The notes: generated by a model not told the origin, from the letters alone. Shown: positions 11,102-20,830, counted from the first letter of the stretch. The stretch: 64,000 bases of DNA from Acidimicrobiia bacterium (GCA_041586155.1 JBFHAT010000009.1:20826-84825); one strand, 5' to 3'. Numbers and translations are program-made.

Positions 11102-12612
11102 GTCGAGGTGTAGTCATCGACGGCGGACCTCTCCGTCGGGACGAAGTTGTGGCCGTGGCCGGCGGCGGCGTGGGTGTGACCCTCGACGAGGCGGCTGTCG
11201 GTTCGATGGAAGCCGCACGGACAACCGTCGAGAGCGCCATCGCCGAAGAGCGGGTCGTGTACGGCATCACCACCGGTTTCGGTGCCCTGGCGACCACCCA
11301 CATCGGGCGCGACGACGTCGATCGACTTCAGCACGAGCTGTTGCGGTCGCATGCGGCCGGGGTCGGGCCGCCGCTGCCCGATCCGGTGGTCAGGGCGATG
11401 CTGTTGCTGCGGGCGCGCACACTGGCACAGGGGCATTCCGGTGTGAGGACTGCAGTAGTCGAGCGCATCCTCGATCTTCTGGAGGCCGATATCCTGCCGG
11501 TCGTGCCGGCGCAAGGATCGGTGGGCGCCAGTGGCGACCTGGCCCCGTTCGCCCATCTGGCATTGCCGCTGATCGGCGAGGGGACGGTTCGGCTCGACGG
11601 TGAAGAGATGGCCGCCTCTGATGCCCTCGCCCAGTCGGGACTCGAGTCGCTCAGCCTTCGAGCCAAGGAAGGTCTCAGCCTCCTCAACGGAACCGAGGGG
11701 ATGCTAGCGATGGGAGTGCTTGCACTCGAGGAAGCGGAGCGGCTGGCGATGGTCGCCGACCAGGCCTGCGCGCTGACCGTTGAGGCGGTGCTCGGCTCGA
11801 ATACGCCGTACGATCCCCGGCTCCACGCGCTCCGCCCCCATCCCGGTCAGGTGACGTCGGCGCAACACATCGCCGCGCTGCTCGAGGGATCCGAGATCGT
11901 CGAGAGCCACCGTGAGGACCTGACCCACGCGGTCCAGGACGCCTACTCGCTTCGCTGTGCCCCGCAGGTGCACGGGGCGGTGCGCGACACGCTCTCCCAC
12001 GCCGCCCGGGTCTTCGAGACGGAGTTGGGTTCGGTGGTGGACAACCCGATCGTGTTTCCCGACACCGGCGATGTGCTCTCCGGCGGGAACTTCCACGGGC
12101 AGCCACTGGCGTTCGCCTTGGACTTCATGGCGGTGGCGCTCGAGGAGCTGGCCTCGATTTCGGAGCGGCGGACGGACCGGATGCTCGACCCTGATCGGTC
12201 GTCAGGGCTCACTCCGTTCCTGGCGACCCGGCCGGGACTGCACTCAGGTCTGATGCTCGCCCAATACACCGCGGCGGCGCTCGTGGCCGAGACGAGGATC
12301 TTGGCGCATCCGGCATCGATCGATTCGATACCCACCTCGGGGCTGCAGGAGGATCATGTGTCGATGGGCTTCGGTGCAGCCCGCAAGCTGTGGGATGTGA
12401 TAGGCGATGTCCGGCTGGTGCTGGCCATCGAATTGGTTTGTGGCGCCGAGGGGATCGATCAACGGGCCCCGCTCCGGCCCGGTGCGGGCAGCAGTCGTGT
12501 CCACGACGTCGTTCGTTCGGCGGTGCCGGTGCTGGAAGGGGATCGCCCGATCGGCGTGGACATCGAAGCGGTGGCCGGCCTCATCGCCTCCGGTGCATTC
12601 GACTCGCTCTGA
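11098..12612 (+). CDS. hutH: Histidine ammonia-lyase
   Basis: GTG 11098 overlaps the def stop (GTGA). MIO-forming ASG in SVGASGDLAPF. About 504 aa. Confidence 0.85.
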   Translation: MSRGVVIDGGPLRRDEVVAVAGGGVGVTLDEAAVGSMEAARTTVESAIAEERVVYGITTGFGALATTHIGRDDVDRLQHELLRSHAAGVGPPLPDPVVRAMLLLRARTLAQGHSGVRTAVVERILDLLEADILPVVPAQGSVGASGDLAPFAHLALPLIGEGTVRLDGEEMAASDALAQSGLESLSLRAKEGLSLLNGTEGMLAMGVLALEEAERLAMVADQACALTVEAVLGSNTPYDPRLHALRPHPGQVTSAQHIAALLEGSEIVESHREDLTHAVQDAYSLRCAPQVHGAVRDTLSHAARVFETELGSVVDNPIVFPDTGDVLSGGNFHGQPLAFALDFMAVALEELASISERRTDRMLDPDRSSGLTPFLATRPGLHSGLMLAQYTAAALVAETRILAHPASIDSIPTSGLQEDHVSMGFGAARKLWDVIGDVRLVLAIELVCGAEGIDQRAPLRPGAGSSRVHDVVRSAVPVLEGDRPIGVDIEAVAGLIASGAFDSL

Positions 12613-13770
12613 TCAGGAGAGCAGCTGCGCCATACGGTTGATGGCGCGCTCGATGTTCTCGGGGGCAGCCGCATAGCTGAGCCGCAGGAAGCCCTCACCG
12701 AATGCACCGAAACTGGTGCCGGCGATGACGGCCACTCCCGCCTCGGTCAGCAGCCGCTCCTCCATCTCTGCGGAGCCGATGCCTGTTCCGGTGATGTTGG
12801 CAAACGCGTAGAACGCTCCGCCTGGCATCACGCACGTGACTCCTGGAAGCGAGTTGAGCCCGTCCACGATGAGCTGCCTGCGCCTCTCGAAGGCTTCCAC
12901 CATTGTCTCCACATCGTCTTGTGGTCCGCGTAGCGCGGCCGCTCCGGCCACCTGGACCGCTGCCGACGCGCACGAGTTCGAATTGATCTGGAGGCGTTCC
13001 GCATCGTCGATGAAGGCTGCCGGCCAGATTCCGTAACCGAGTCGCCAGCCTGTCATCGAATATGTCTTGGACCACCCGTCGAGCATGATCAGACGGTCGC
13101 GCAACTCGGGATGTGCCAACAGGCTGGCGTGCAGCACACCGTCGTACACGACGCGGCTATAGATCTCGTCGGAGAGAATGGCGACATGCGGATGGTCAGC
13201 CAGGCCCTTCGCCAGCTGTCGGAGTGAGGGCTCGTCGATCACGCCTCCGGTCGGGTTCGCCGGCGAGTTGACGATCAACAGCCTGGTTCGATCGGTGATC
13301 TGGCCAAGGACCCGCTCAGCGTCGAACCCGAAGGCGTGGTCTTCGCGCAGTTCGACCGGCACCGGGGTGGCGCCGGTATAGCTGATCATCGATTCGTAGA
13401 TGGGAAAGCCCGGGTTGGGATACATGATCTCCGCCCCCGGTTCACCGAACATCTGGATCGCGAAGAACATCGTTGGCTTGCCGCCAGGTACGAGCATGAT
13501 GGTCTCGACGTCCACTACCACGCCGCGGCGCATGGCCACGTCGTCGCGGACGGCTTCGCGTACGTCGAGCAGACCTTTGGCGGGCGTGTAGAAGTGATAG
13601 CCGTCGGCCAGGGCCTTTTGGCCGGCTGCGACGATGTGGTGCGGCGTTCGAAAGTCGGGCGCGCCGATTCCCAGGTTGATGATGTCGTGCCCGGCGCGGC
13701 GTAACGCCTCAGCCCGTGCCAAGACCGCGAATGCGGATTCGGTGCCGAGGCGGGCCATCGCCGCGGCCAT
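12613..13770 (-). CDS. Class I/II PLP-dependent aminotransferase (aspartate/aromatic type)
   Basis: SKTYSMTGWRLGY PLP-lysine motif. Start chosen at ATG 13770 (the track starts at TTG 13806). The stop abuts the hutH stop with zero gap (convergent). Confidence 0.8.
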   Translation of the reverse strand: MAAAMARLGTESAFAVLARAEALRRAGHDIINLGIGAPDFRTPHHIVAAGQKALADGYHFYTPAKGLLDVREAVRDDVAMRRGVVVDVETIMLVPGGKPTMFFAIQMFGEPGAEIMYPNPGFPIYESMISYTGATPVPVELREDHAFGFDAERVLGQITDRTRLLIVNSPANPTGGVIDEPSLRQLAKGLADHPHVAILSDEIYSRVVYDGVLHASLLAHPELRDRLIMLDGWSKTYSMTGWRLGYGIWPAAFIDDAERLQINSNSCASAAVQVAGAAALRGPQDDVETMVEAFERRRQLIVDGLNSLPGVTCVMPGGAFYAFANITGTGIGSAEMEERLLTEAGVAVIAGTSFGAFGEGFLRLSYAAAPENIERAINRMAQLLS

Positions 13771-13781
13771 GGTTGGGGAAG

Positions 13782-14411
13782 TCACAGCGTGTAGCTCTCG
13801 CCCCAATCGAGCGGGACGAGCTCGATGTCCGACTCGGCGAGGACACCGGCTGCCATCGCCACGACGAACCTCCGCCCGGCGGCGCTCAGATAGAAGTCGT
13901 GAATGGGTATCACCTGCTTGGGGGCGAGCCGGCGGGCGAACTCGACCGACTTGGTGGTGGTGCCCCAGGGTGTCATGAGCGGAAGGGCGAGAACGGGGGC
14001 GGAGTAGGTCGGCTGATAGCTGTCGCCAGGATGGGTGATCGCCCCCTCCACGGTGTAGCTGCGGTTGGGCGGTGTCGCGCCGGTGGGGATGATCTCATGC
14101 GCGACGTCCTCGGAGGTGATGCCGCCGGGGTCGGTCGTGGCGACCTCGATGCCATGGCGCTCGAGCAGCGTCGCCACGGCCTGGTTCGCATGCACCCGGA
14201 CGTCGTCGCCGCGGTCGAGGATCCACCGCACGAAATCGGGTTTGACGTGATCTCTGTGCTCGTGGGTGATCAGCACGCGGTGCACGTCGCCAATCGAGGC
14301 CAGGTCGATTGCGGCGTCGTCGAAAGTGAAGAATCCGGGGTCGACGATCGTGACGAGCCCGTCGACGGTCACCAGTAGGCATGAATCGGCGAGCCGCCGG
14401 ATGGTGGTCAT
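13782..14411 (-). CDS. MBL-fold metallo-hydrolase
   Basis: HEHRDH motif. ATG 14411 (MTTIRRLADSC). Confidence 0.6.
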   Translation of the reverse strand: MTTIRRLADSCLLVTVDGLVTIVDPGFFTFDDAAIDLASIGDVHRVLITHEHRDHVKPDFVRWILDRGDDVRVHANQAVATLLERHGIEVATTDPGGITSEDVAHEIIPTGATPPNRSYTVEGAITHPGDSYQPTYSAPVLALPLMTPWGTTTKSVEFARRLAPKQVIPIHDFYLSAAGRRFVVAMAAGVLAESDIELVPLDWGESYTL

Positions 14412-14443
14412 GGTGCGAGCGTAGCTGTCCTGCACAGGGTGCC

Positions 14444-15013
14444 ATGGGGACAAGGTGCCACGGGTCTCGGCTGGCTACCCTCGGGGCCGTGACCATCTCG
14501 GAGCGTCGTCACCTGTGGCTGATCGGGATCACGGCGGTGGGCAAGACGTCGACCGGCCGCAGGCTCGCCAGGGCGCTGGATGTTCCCTTCTTCGACACCG
14601 ACGCCGAGGTGTCGCGACGAACCCATCGTTCGATCGAAGATCTGTGGCGAGAGGCGGGGGAGGCGGCCTTTCGAGCCGAGGAGCGAATCGCGGTGCGGAC
14701 TGCGGCGTCGCAGCCATCGCCGACGGTCATCGCCACCGGAGGCGGGGTGGTGCTCGCGCCCGAGTCGGTGGAGCTGATGCGCGCCACCGGCTGGGTCGTG
14801 CTCCTCACGCACGACTTGGACACATTGGCCGCCCGCCTGGCGGCGATGAGTGGGCGGCCGATCCTGGGGAGCGACCCAGCCGTTGCGCTGGCGCGCCTGT
14901 GGTCCGAACGGGAGGAGCGGTACCGGTCCGCGGCAGATCACGTGGTTGACACAACCGGCCGGGCGTCGACCGACGTCGTGTCGGAGATCGCCGTGCTGTG
15001 GCCGCGGGGGTGA
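14444..15013 (+). CDS. Shikimate-kinase-family P-loop kinase
   Basis: LWLIGITAVGKTSTGRRLARALDVPFFDTD matches the AroK N-terminus. Start is ATG 14444 or GTG 14489. Not within an aro operon. Confidence 0.55.
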   Translation: MGTRCHGSRLATLGAVTISERRHLWLIGITAVGKTSTGRRLARALDVPFFDTDAEVSRRTHRSIEDLWREAGEAAFRAEERIAVRTAASQPSPTVIATGGGVVLAPESVELMRATGWVVLLTHDLDTLAARLAAMSGRPILGSDPAVALARLWSEREERYRSAADHVVDTTGRASTDVVSEIAVLWPRG

Positions 15014-15050
15014 CCCGGCACTCGCGCGCCTACGGTCGTATCCTCTTGAC

Positions 15051-16274
15051 ATGTTCGATTCGATCCGCTCGCTGATCCGGTTGCAGGAGATCGAATGGGA
15101 TGCCACCGAGCGGCGGCTCTCGCGAGCCGCCAACATCGCCGATCTGCGGAACATCGCCCGACGGCGTCTTCCCGGTGGCGTATTCGACTACATCGACGGC
15201 GCTGCCGAGGACGAGCGCAGCGCCCGGCGCAACGTCGCTGCATTCGGCGACTACGAGTTCCGTCCGGCGGTCCTGCGTGACATCTCTCACATCGACACGT
15301 CTGCCACGCTCTTCGGTGCCCACCTGTCGATGCCGCTGGTGGTCGCACCGATGGGATTCATGCGCATCGCCCACCCGTTGGGGGAGCTGGCGGTGGCCGA
15401 AGAGGCCGCTCGGGCCGGTGTTCCGTTCACGCTTTCGACGTTCGGCACGAGATCGATCGAAGAGGTGGCAGCCGCCGGTGAGGGCACCAAATGGTTCCAG
15501 GTCTACGTGTGGAGAGACCGAGGGTTGGTCCGGGAGCTGCTCGATCGTGCCGGTCAAGCCGGATATCAGGCAATCGCCATCACCGTCGACACTGCAGTGC
15601 TCGGACGGCGCGAGCGTGATGTTCGCCGTGGCTTCACACTTCCTCCGCGAGTCGGTCCGGCCACGTTGGTGGAGGGTGCACTTCGCCCCGGCTGGACGTG
15701 GGAGCTCGTCCGAGCCGATCCGATCCGTTTTGCCAACCTCATCCACCGCGATCAAGGTGATGGGGTCGATCCGGTGAGTCTGGCCGCCCATGCCAATCGG
15801 CACTTCGACGGCTCGCTGTCGTGGTCGGACATCGACTGGTTCCGGGAAGTGTGGCCGGGCCCGATCATCGTCAAGGGCGTCCAGTCGGTGGCGGATGCCG
15901 TCCGATGCGTCGACGCCGGCGTGGAGGCGGTGTGCCTGTCCAATCACGGTGGCCGCCAGCTCGACGGGTCACCGGCGCCGGTCGAGCTCATCGAGCCTGT
16001 GGTTGAGGCCGTCGAGGGCAAGGCTGCCGTCATCAGCGACGGCGGTGTTCGCCGCGGATCCGACATCGTCAAAGCTCTGGCGCTCGGAGCCGACGCAGTG
16101 ATGGCAGGACGGGCGTTCTACTACGGGTTGGGAGCAGCCGGGCAAAGGGGTGTCGAATTTGCCCTGGCGACGCTTCGGGAAGAGATGGAGCGAGTCATGG
16201 CGCTGATCGGTGTCACTTCGGTGAAGGAACTCGACCGGGCACGGATTCGGCACCTGCCTACCGAGCCCATCTGA
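15051..16274 (+). CDS. FMN-dependent alpha-hydroxy-acid dehydrogenase (LldD / glycolate oxidase family)
   Basis: ATG 15051. TIM-barrel FMN motifs including SNHGGRQLD. About 407 aa. Confidence 0.8.
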   Translation: MFDSIRSLIRLQEIEWDATERRLSRAANIADLRNIARRRLPGGVFDYIDGAAEDERSARRNVAAFGDYEFRPAVLRDISHIDTSATLFGAHLSMPLVVAPMGFMRIAHPLGELAVAEEAARAGVPFTLSTFGTRSIEEVAAAGEGTKWFQVYVWRDRGLVRELLDRAGQAGYQAIAITVDTAVLGRRERDVRRGFTLPPRVGPATLVEGALRPGWTWELVRADPIRFANLIHRDQGDGVDPVSLAAHANRHFDGSLSWSDIDWFREVWPGPIIVKGVQSVADAVRCVDAGVEAVCLSNHGGRQLDGSPAPVELIEPVVEAVEGKAAVISDGGVRRGSDIVKALALGADAVMAGRAFYYGLGAAGQRGVEFALATLREEMERVMALIGVTSVKELDRARIRHLPTEPI

Positions 16275-17129
16275 TCAGTCCGAGACCCACCGATGCAGGT
16301 CATCTGCGATGACGATCTCGCCCCCATAGCCACCAGCCCGAACGTCGTCGACGAACACCATGCGCTGCTCGGGTACGGACGGCGGCGGAATGAGGTGGGT
16401 GAGCACCAACATGGGCACCGAGGACCGGGCCGCCATCGCGCCCAACTCGACGGTGTCGGCGTGGTACTCGGCCAGAGCGGCAGGGTCGCTCAACAGTCCC
16501 GGCGTGATCGCCCTTGCGGCGAACGCCTCGTGCACCAGCAGATCCGCCCCGGTGGCAAGCCGCTCCACTTCGTCGCAGACCCTCGTATCGCCCGACACAA
16601 CGACTGCGTTTCCGCCCGGCGCCGTCACTCGGTACGCCACGGCGGGCTCGATCGGCTCGTGGTGTACGGCAACCGCCTCGACCCGAAGGTGGTCACCCTC
16701 CCACACGGTGACGGGCCGCTCGGTGGGTGCGAACGGCCTCACGTCAGGCGTGGGATCGTCGGGGCGTTGCTGCATCTGTGCTCGCTGCCGGTATTCCGCC
16801 TCCCACGGGTCGAGCAGATGCCGGACGAGATCGGCCGCAGGACCCTCCGGAGCGATCACGGGTAGCGACGGCCGGCCTACGCGGCCGAGATCCTCCAACC
16901 ACCTTGTGAACAGGAGATCCGCAAGGCCTACCAGGTGGTCACTGTGATGGTGCGTGATGAGGACCGCCTCCAGGTCGGCCAGGTCGAAGTCTGCTTCGGC
17001 CATGCGCAGCGTGGTCGCCCTGCCTGCGTCGATCTGAACGGCCGAGCGCTGGTAGCGAACCAGCACGCCCGGGCCTGCACGACCCGGCTGATACATCGGA
17101 GTGCCGGTGCCCGTGATCACTACTTCCAT
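16275..17129 (-). CDS. MBL-fold metallo-hydrolase (RNase Z / ElaC-like)
   Basis: HHHSDH motif. ATG 17129 (MEVVITGTGTP). The track ORF starts at an upstream TTG. Confidence 0.6.
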   Translation of the reverse strand: MEVVITGTGTPMYQPGRAGPGVLVRYQRSAVQIDAGRATTLRMAEADFDLADLEAVLITHHHSDHLVGLADLLFTRWLEDLGRVGRPSLPVIAPEGPAADLVRHLLDPWEAEYRQRAQMQQRPDDPTPDVRPFAPTERPVTVWEGDHLRVEAVAVHHEPIEPAVAYRVTAPGGNAVVVSGDTRVCDEVERLATGADLLVHEAFAARAITPGLLSDPAALAEYHADTVELGAMAARSSVPMLVLTHLIPPPSVPEQRMVFVDDVRAGGYGGEIVIADDLHRWVSD

Positions 17130-17236
17130 GCCACCCACCAGCGCGACTGTACCCGACGCAGCTCGGTGACTAGTCACAACATGTTTTTCCAATCTGTGCC
17201 TGTAGTCACTCTGCGTGGTTGGCCGATAGAAGGAAC

Positions 17237-18850
17237 ATGCGGTTGATCAACGCGACATCGGGCAACGTACGGCAGGCGGCGGCACTACTGGCATTCCTGC
17301 TACTCCTCTCACTGACGGCCACGGCCGTCCCCCGCTCGCCCGGGGCCGGCATCACCAACATCATCCTCAGGGCGATGCCGGGCCACGATGCTGCGGCTTT
17401 GATCGAATCGGCCGGCGGCTCGGTCGACTTGGACCTCGACATCATCAATGGGGCATCCGGTGTGGTGCCCACCGGCGCCATAGACGACCTAGCCACCAAT
17501 CCGGACGTGCACTCCGTGGTGCGCGATGCTTCGTTGGCGCTGGCCGGCAAGAACGACAACGTGATCCCCGAGTACACGACGATGTACGACGTGGCCGAGA
17601 TCATGGGCATCGATCAGGTGTGGAAGGACGGCATCACCGGGCAGGGCGTCGGAGTGGCGCTCATCGACTCGGGTGTGGCGGTCGTCAACGGATTGACCAA
17701 GTCGGGCAAAGTCATCAACGGGGTCGACCTGTCGTTCGAGTCGCAGGACCCCGGTCGCCGGTTCATCGACACGTACGGGCACGGCACCCACATGGCCGGC
17801 ATCATCGCCGCCCGCGACGACAACAATGCCGCTCCCGGACATCTTCACAACGCCAACCGCTACAACGGCATCGCCCCCGACGCCAACATCATCAACGTCA
17901 AGGTCGCCTCGTACAACGGCGCCACCGATGTGTCACAGGTCATCGCCGGCATCGACTGGGTGGTCGATCACAAAGACAACCACAACATCCGTGTGCTCAA
18001 CCTGTCGTTCGGGACGGACGGTGTTCAGGACTACCTGATCGATCCGCTCACCTATGCGGTCGAGGTCGCCTGGCACAACGGCATCGTCGTGGTGGTGGCA
18101 GCCGGCAACGGCGGCAACAACAAGTTCCTGACGAACCCCGCCTACGACCCGTTCGTGATCGCCGTGGGCTCCGTCGACACGAACGTCGTGTCGAACTCCA
18201 ACGACGACGTCGTGTCCGACTTCTCGCAGTGCGGCAATGCCCTCCGAGGCGTCGACGTGGTGGCGCCCGGTCGCTCCATCCTCAGCTTGCGGGCCCCGGG
18301 CTCGTACAGCGATGTGCAGAACCAGTCGGCCGTCGTTGATCAGCGCTTCTTCAAGGGTTCGGGCACGTCGCAGGCGACGGCCGTGGTGTCGGGCCTGGCA
18401 GCGTTGATGATCCAGCGGGATCCGTCGCTGACCCCCGATCAGGTCAAGTGGATGATCGAAGAGACTGCAGCGCCGGTCGCCGGTTCGGACGCATGTCAAG
18501 GCGACGGACGGGCCTCGGCGGCGGCGGTCACCACCAAGCTCACCAAGCTCGGCACCCCCTACGTGCAGATGTTCCCCAAGGCAACCGGCCTCGGATCGCT
18601 CGAAGCCTCCCGCGGATCGGTGCACTTGGAACTCGATGGTGTCGCCCTCGAAGGCGAGATCGACATCTTCGGCAACGCCTGGGAAGGCGTCACCTGGAGC
18701 ACAACTCCATGGAGTGGTGTCACCTGGAGTGGTGTCACCTGGAGTGGCGTGACCTGGAGTGGTGTCACCTGGAGTGGTGTCACCTGGAGTGGCGTGACCT
18801 GGAGTGGCGTGACCTGGTCCGGCACCGGTTGGGCCACTCTGGCGGGCTGA
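17237..18850 (+). CDS. Secreted S8 subtilisin-like serine peptidase with C-terminal (WSGVT)n pentapeptide-repeat tail
   Basis: RBS gaagga, ATG 17237, signal peptide. Catalytic triad contexts DSGV, HGTHMAG, GTSQATAVVSG. Tail is WEGVT-WSTTP-(WSGVT)x7-WSGTG. Confidence 0.85.
   Translation: MRLINATSGNVRQAAALLAFLLLLSLTATAVPRSPGAGITNIILRAMPGHDAAALIESAGGSVDLDLDIINGASGVVPTGAIDDLATNPDVHSVVRDASLALAGKNDNVIPEYTTMYDVAEIMGIDQVWKDGITGQGVGVALIDSGVAVVNGLTKSGKVINGVDLSFESQDPGRRFIDTYGHGTHMAGIIAARDDNNAAPGHLHNANRYNGIAPDANIINVKVASYNGATDVSQVIAGIDWVVDHKDNHNIRVLNLSFGTDGVQDYLIDPLTYAVEVAWHNGIVVVVAAGNGGNNKFLTNPAYDPFVIAVGSVDTNVVSNSNDDVVSDFSQCGNALRGVDVVAPGRSILSLRAPGSYSDVQNQSAVVDQRFFKGSGTSQATAVVSGLAALMIQRDPSLTPDQVKWMIEETAAPVAGSDACQGDGRASAAAVTTKLTKLGTPYVQMFPKATGLGSLEASRGSVHLELDGVALEGEIDIFGNAWEGVTWSTTPWSGVTWSGVTWSGVTWSGVTWSGVTWSGVTWSGVTWSGTGWATLAG
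18680..18847 (+). repeat. Coding tandem 15-bp repeat (tggagtggYgtSacc)x~10 encoding WSGVT pentapeptides
   Basis: Direct reading of nt 18680-18847 and the protein tail. Confidence 0.9.
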
Positions 18851-18990
18851 TTCGGCCTTCCCACCCCCGCCGCCCAGCGCGCGAAATCCTCCTTCCACTC
18901 GGCCTGAGACTCGCGTAGATTTCGTGAGAACCGATCGGTCGCGTGAGGCCGTATTGGGGGGAAATTGGTGCGTTCTCAAGGGAGGAACAC

Positions 18991-19434
18991 ATGCGACGTA
19001 CTTTGATCGTGGCCGTGGTTGTGGGGATGACTGCCCTGGCGGTGCCGGCGATGGCCCGCACGCTGCCGCAGTATGCGGTTCTCAAGGCGACCAACGAGGT
19101 CGGCGGCGGAGACGGCAACGCCACGGGGCACGCCTCGCTGTCGGTGGACCCGCGAGCCGGAATCGTTTGCTTCGAGATCCGCACGCAGGGTCTCACCACC
19201 GACCCAGTGGCGGCACACATCCACTACGGGGCGGCCGGAGTCAACGGCCCCGTCGTCGTGGACCTCGATTGGGCGACAAACGGCAGCGGTGCCAATGCGT
19301 CGGGCTGTGTGAGCGGGGACCGGCCGACCCTCTCGGCCATCCAGCGGTATCCGTGGAACTACTACGTCAACGTGCACAACCCGACGGTGCCATCCGGTGC
19401 GGTTCGGGGCCAGGTCCAAAACGGGCAGATCTGA
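18991..19434 (+). CDS. Secreted CHRD-domain protein
   Basis: RBS ggagg, ATG 18991, signal peptide. CHRD signature AAHIHYGAAGVNGPVVVDL. Confidence 0.6.
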   Translation: MRRTLIVAVVVGMTALAVPAMARTLPQYAVLKATNEVGGGDGNATGHASLSVDPRAGIVCFEIRTQGLTTDPVAAHIHYGAAGVNGPVVVDLDWATNGSGANASGCVSGDRPTLSAIQRYPWNYYVNVHNPTVPSGAVRGQVQNGQI

Positions 19435-19456
19435 CGCCGAACCCGAGTAACTGACT

Positions 19457-19488
19457 GAACGAGCCACCGGATATCCGGTGGCTCGTTC
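19457..19488. terminator. Perfect 32-nt palindrome gaacgagccaccggatatccggtggctcgttc downstream of the CHRD gene
   Basis: 15-bp perfect stem around a central ta (itself within a palindromic ggatatcc). No U tract follows. Could be a terminator or a protein operator. Confidence 0.4.
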
Positions 19489-19552
19489 GCGTCGGCCCGA
19501 CATCCGGTGGTTGTGAGGGGTAGGTTCTCTCCGAGAACAGGGAAGGGGTTCG

Positions 19553-20788
19553 ATGATGAGGCGTTCGTTCGCCGTGCTCTTGGCCACATTCGCGTTGATC
19601 GCAGCAGGAGCGACACCCGCACTCGGGGGCAACTCGGATGATGACGTGCGCTTCGCGACGTTCAACGCTTCGTTGAATCGTTTCAGCGCCGGTTCACTCG
19701 GCGCAGAACTCGCCGCGCCCGGAAGCCCCCAGCCCGATGCAGTCGCCGAGATCATTCAGCGGGTTCGACCGGATGTGCTCCTGATCAACGAGTTCGATTT
19801 CGACCCGGCAGCCTTGGCCGCCTTCCAGGCCAACTATCTGTCGGTTCCTCACGGAAGCGCCGCACCCATCGTGTATCCGTACACGTTCATCGCTCCGTCG
19901 AACACCGGGATTCCGTCGGGCTTCGATCTCGACAACAACGACGTTGTCGGAGGTCCCAACGACGCGTTTGGCTTCGGGTTCTTCCCTGGCCAATTCGGCA
20001 TGGCCGTCCTGTCCATGTACCCGATCGACACGGCCAGCGTACGTACGTTCCAGAACTTCCTGTGGAAGGACATGCCTGGGGCGCTGCTGCCCGACGACCC
20101 CAACACGGCGGCACCGGCCGACTGGTATTCGCCCGACGAGCTCGGTGTGTTCCGGCTGTCCTCGAAGAGCCACTGGGACGTCCCCATCGAGATCGGCAAG
20201 AAGACCGTCCACTTCCTGGTGAGCCATCCGACTCCGCCTGTGTTCGATGGGCCGGAGGATCGCAACGGCACTCGCAACCACGACGAGATCCGCTTCTGGG
20301 CCGACTACATCCATCCGGCCCGCAGCGGCTACATCTACGACGACAACGGCGTCACCGGGGGCTTGGCCGCCAACGCCCTGTTCGTGATCGCCGGTGATCA
20401 GAACTCGGACCCGCTCGACGGAGACAGTATCCCCGGGTCGATCCAGCAGCTGCTCGATCACCCGAAGGTCAACACGAAGGTCACCCCGGCGAGCCCGGGT
20501 GGGACCGAGCAAGCGGAGCTGCAGGGCAACGCCAACACGCTGCACCTCAGCGACCCGGCGTTCGACACTGCCGACTTCTTCGACGGCTTCCCGCCGCCTC
20601 CCTTTGGAGGAGCGCCGGGGAACCTGCGGGCCGATTACGTGTTGCCGCGTAAGAACATGCCGATCACCGATGCAGGGGTCTTCTGGCCGCTCAGCACCGA
20701 CCCGCTGTTCCCGTTGGTGGGGACCTTCCCATTCCCCAGCTCCGATCACCGGCTCGTGTGGATCGACGTGCAGATCCGGCCTCGGTGA
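19553..20788 (+). CDS. Secreted endonuclease/exonuclease/phosphatase (EEP) family protein
   Basis: RBS ggaagggg, ATG 19553, signal peptide. EEP-like motifs including the C-terminal SDHRLVWIDV. Confidence 0.65.
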   Translation: MMRRSFAVLLATFALIAAGATPALGGNSDDDVRFATFNASLNRFSAGSLGAELAAPGSPQPDAVAEIIQRVRPDVLLINEFDFDPAALAAFQANYLSVPHGSAAPIVYPYTFIAPSNTGIPSGFDLDNNDVVGGPNDAFGFGFFPGQFGMAVLSMYPIDTASVRTFQNFLWKDMPGALLPDDPNTAAPADWYSPDELGVFRLSSKSHWDVPIEIGKKTVHFLVSHPTPPVFDGPEDRNGTRNHDEIRFWADYIHPARSGYIYDDNGVTGGLAANALFVIAGDQNSDPLDGDSIPGSIQQLLDHPKVNTKVTPASPGGTEQAELQGNANTLHLSDPAFDTADFFDGFPPPPFGGAPGNLRADYVLPRKNMPITDAGVFWPLSTDPLFPLVGTFPFPSSDHRLVWIDVQIRPR

Positions 20789-20796
20789 TAGCCCAG

Positions 20797-20830
20797 CGGC
20801 GGGACGGGCCCCGCCGGTCTGTCATTGACC
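20797..20830 (+). terminator. Hairpin gcggcggg-acgggc-cccgccgg followed by tctgtcatt
   Basis: Seen directly after the EEP gene stop. Confidence 0.35.

Noticed and set aside
12610-12615. Zero-gap convergent stop codons of hutH and the aminotransferase
   Set aside because: Just tight packing. No terminator structure between them, so not reported as a feature.
15030-15947. 305-aa minus-strand ORF
   Set aside because: Antisense to the LldD-like dehydrogenase gene.
18680-18847. Possible CRISPR-like direct repeats
   Set aside because: 15-bp units with no spacers, entirely inside a protein-coding frame (WSGVT repeats). No cas genes in the window.
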